25,434 nucleotides of DNA, taken from positions 1 through 25,434 of the IMG/VR virus record IMGVR_UViG_3300017540_000017, one strand, 5' to 3'. Shown here in pieces: positions 24,304 through 25,434 of the stretch. Both the position numbers and the translations under genes were made by a program. The first letter of the stretch is position 1, and each line of letters starts with the position of its first letter. The notes under the pieces were generated by a model that worked only from the letters and a program-made list of their open reading frames with translations, made no database searches and was not told the origin of the DNA. The stretch comes from a virus. Taxonomy: Duplodnaviria > Caudoviricetes.

Positions 24304-25340
24304 ATGCTCCCACCATGGAATTTAGCCTCGATCACGTCACCGCCCGGAAAAACAAGGACGGCACCCTTCGGTACTATTTTCGCCGCCGCGGTCAGCCACT
24401 CCACCGCCTGCCAGGCGAGCCCCTGTCGAGCGAGTTCATGGCGGAATACAATCGCTGTCTCAATTGGGAAGGGATGCGCGCCAAGGCCTACGAGGGCACG
24501 TTCGAGTGGCTATGCGATCAATATATGGATTCGGTCGACTTCAAGGCTAAGGCAGAAGCGACGAGGTCGGCGCGTCGCCGCGTCATCAAAACCATGGTCA
24601 ACGAGCCCCTCGAGCGGGGCAAACCTGAAAAGTTCGGCCAGGAGAAGGCGAAAAGGCTCAAGCGCATCCACATTGAAATCCTGCGTGACCGCAAGGCTGA
24701 CAACCCGAATGCCGCGAATGAGAGGCTCAAAATCTTGTCGCGCATCTTCAAGCTCGGCGTTTCCAACGGCTGGGTAGACGTCAACTTCGTTCGCGACGTG
24801 GAACGGCTGCGCGTGCCTAAAGGCGGGCATGAAACCGCCACGGATGAGGACATCGAGAAGTATCTGGCAGTGCATAGGACTGGCCCGGCACATTTGGCGA
24901 TGATGCTTCTCGTGCATACGGGCGTTCGCATTTCTGACCTTAGGATTCTGGGCCGGCAACACGTCCGCAAGGGGCTTCTGGTCTTCAAAACGGTGAAGAC
25001 CGGCGTGCAATGCGAACTGCCGATCGACCCCGAGCTCGCCGCGGCCCTGCCGATGAACAACATGACGTTTCTACTGAACGAGTGGAACAAGCCCTTCGCT
25101 TCCGACAAAGCGCTTTCTCAGCGCGTCGCAAAATGGTTCAGACAGGCGGGCATCGAGGGCGTTTCCGCGCACGGCGTGCGGAAGTGGCGCGCGACCAAAA
25201 TGGCAGAGCGAGGCGCTACAGAGTACCAGCTCATGGCCTGGTTCGGCTGGAGTGACCCCAAGGAAGCACGCCCATATGTGCAGGCGGCGAGCCGCCGCAG
25301 GCTGGCCCAAGAGGGTGCCGACCGGATGAATGCTGTGTAA
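24300..25340 (+). CDS. int: Phage integrase (tyrosine recombinase)
   Basis: RYYFRR N-terminus, TGVRISD, KTG, HGVRK, FGW, RPY; adjacent to a tRNA end. Confidence 0.95.
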   Translation: MNAPTMEFSLDHVTARKNKDGTLRYYFRRRGQPLHRLPGEPLSSEFMAEYNRCLNWEGMRAKAYEGTFEWLCDQYMDSVDFKAKAEATRSARRRVIKTMVNEPLERGKPEKFGQEKAKRLKRIHIEILRDRKADNPNAANERLKILSRIFKLGVSNGWVDVNFVRDVERLRVPKGGHETATDEDIEKYLAVHRTGPAHLAMMLLVHTGVRISDLRILGRQHVRKGLLVFKTVKTGVQCELPIDPELAAALPMNNMTFLLNEWNKPFASDKALSQRVAKWFRQAGIEGVSAHGVRKWRATKMAERGATEYQLMAWFGWSDPKEARPYVQAASRRRLAQEGADRMNAV

Positions 25341-25417
25341 CGTCTTGCCGGGAATTACGCCGCATTCGTGTAACGCGGCAGCTAAGTCATTGAGGAATAA
25401 ATACGAAATTTGGTAGT

Positions 25418-25434
25418 TGGAGGCCTCGCCCGGA
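25418..25434 (-). tRNA. 3' end of tRNA, probably tRNA-Cys; probable att core (truncated by the window edge)
   Basis: Minus strand reads TCCGGGCGAGGCCTCCA: T-arm end, acceptor strand, U discriminator and CCA. Confidence 0.7.

Larger units (their letters stand above)
1..25434. mobile_element. Temperate prophage (early, immunity, recombination and integration regions); left boundary outside the window
   Basis: cI/cro switch, Bet, DnaB, RuvC-like gene, xis-like gene and integrase next to a tRNA 3' end; dense, translationally coupled small genes. Confidence 0.95.

Overview
This window is the right-hand part of a temperate prophage, most likely in a Rhizobiales-type alphaproteobacterium (DUF982, GcrA-like and GapR-like genes, near-match alpha-type SOS box). 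It ends at a probable att core matching the 3' end of a tRNA-Cys just after the phage integrase. The immunity region is central: divergent cro and cI (S24 peptidase), two matched operator/promoter clusters, an ImmA/IrrE peptidase plus 2-TM gene pair, about 430 bp of structured non-coding DNA and a promoter-terminator unit that looks like a ~55-nt sRNA. The leftward early operon encodes GcrA-like, CII-like and GapR/RMF-like proteins, a helicase, an N4/N6 methyltransferase, a RuvC-like resolvase, a divergent DnaB, a putative late regulator and a second intact tyrosine recombinase. The rightward operon encodes Bet, DUF5131, DUF4326, a J-domain protein, an HNH nuclease, repeat-bounded cassettes, an xis-like gene and int. 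The most striking pattern is that accessory genes inserted backwards into the leftward operon (SRA-HNH, tandem DUF982, probably an SH3-like gene) are crossed on the operon strand by stop-free 'bridge' ORFs. In the two complete cases these ORFs are translationally coupled to both neighbouring phage genes. All family calls come from motif recognition only; no database searches were run.
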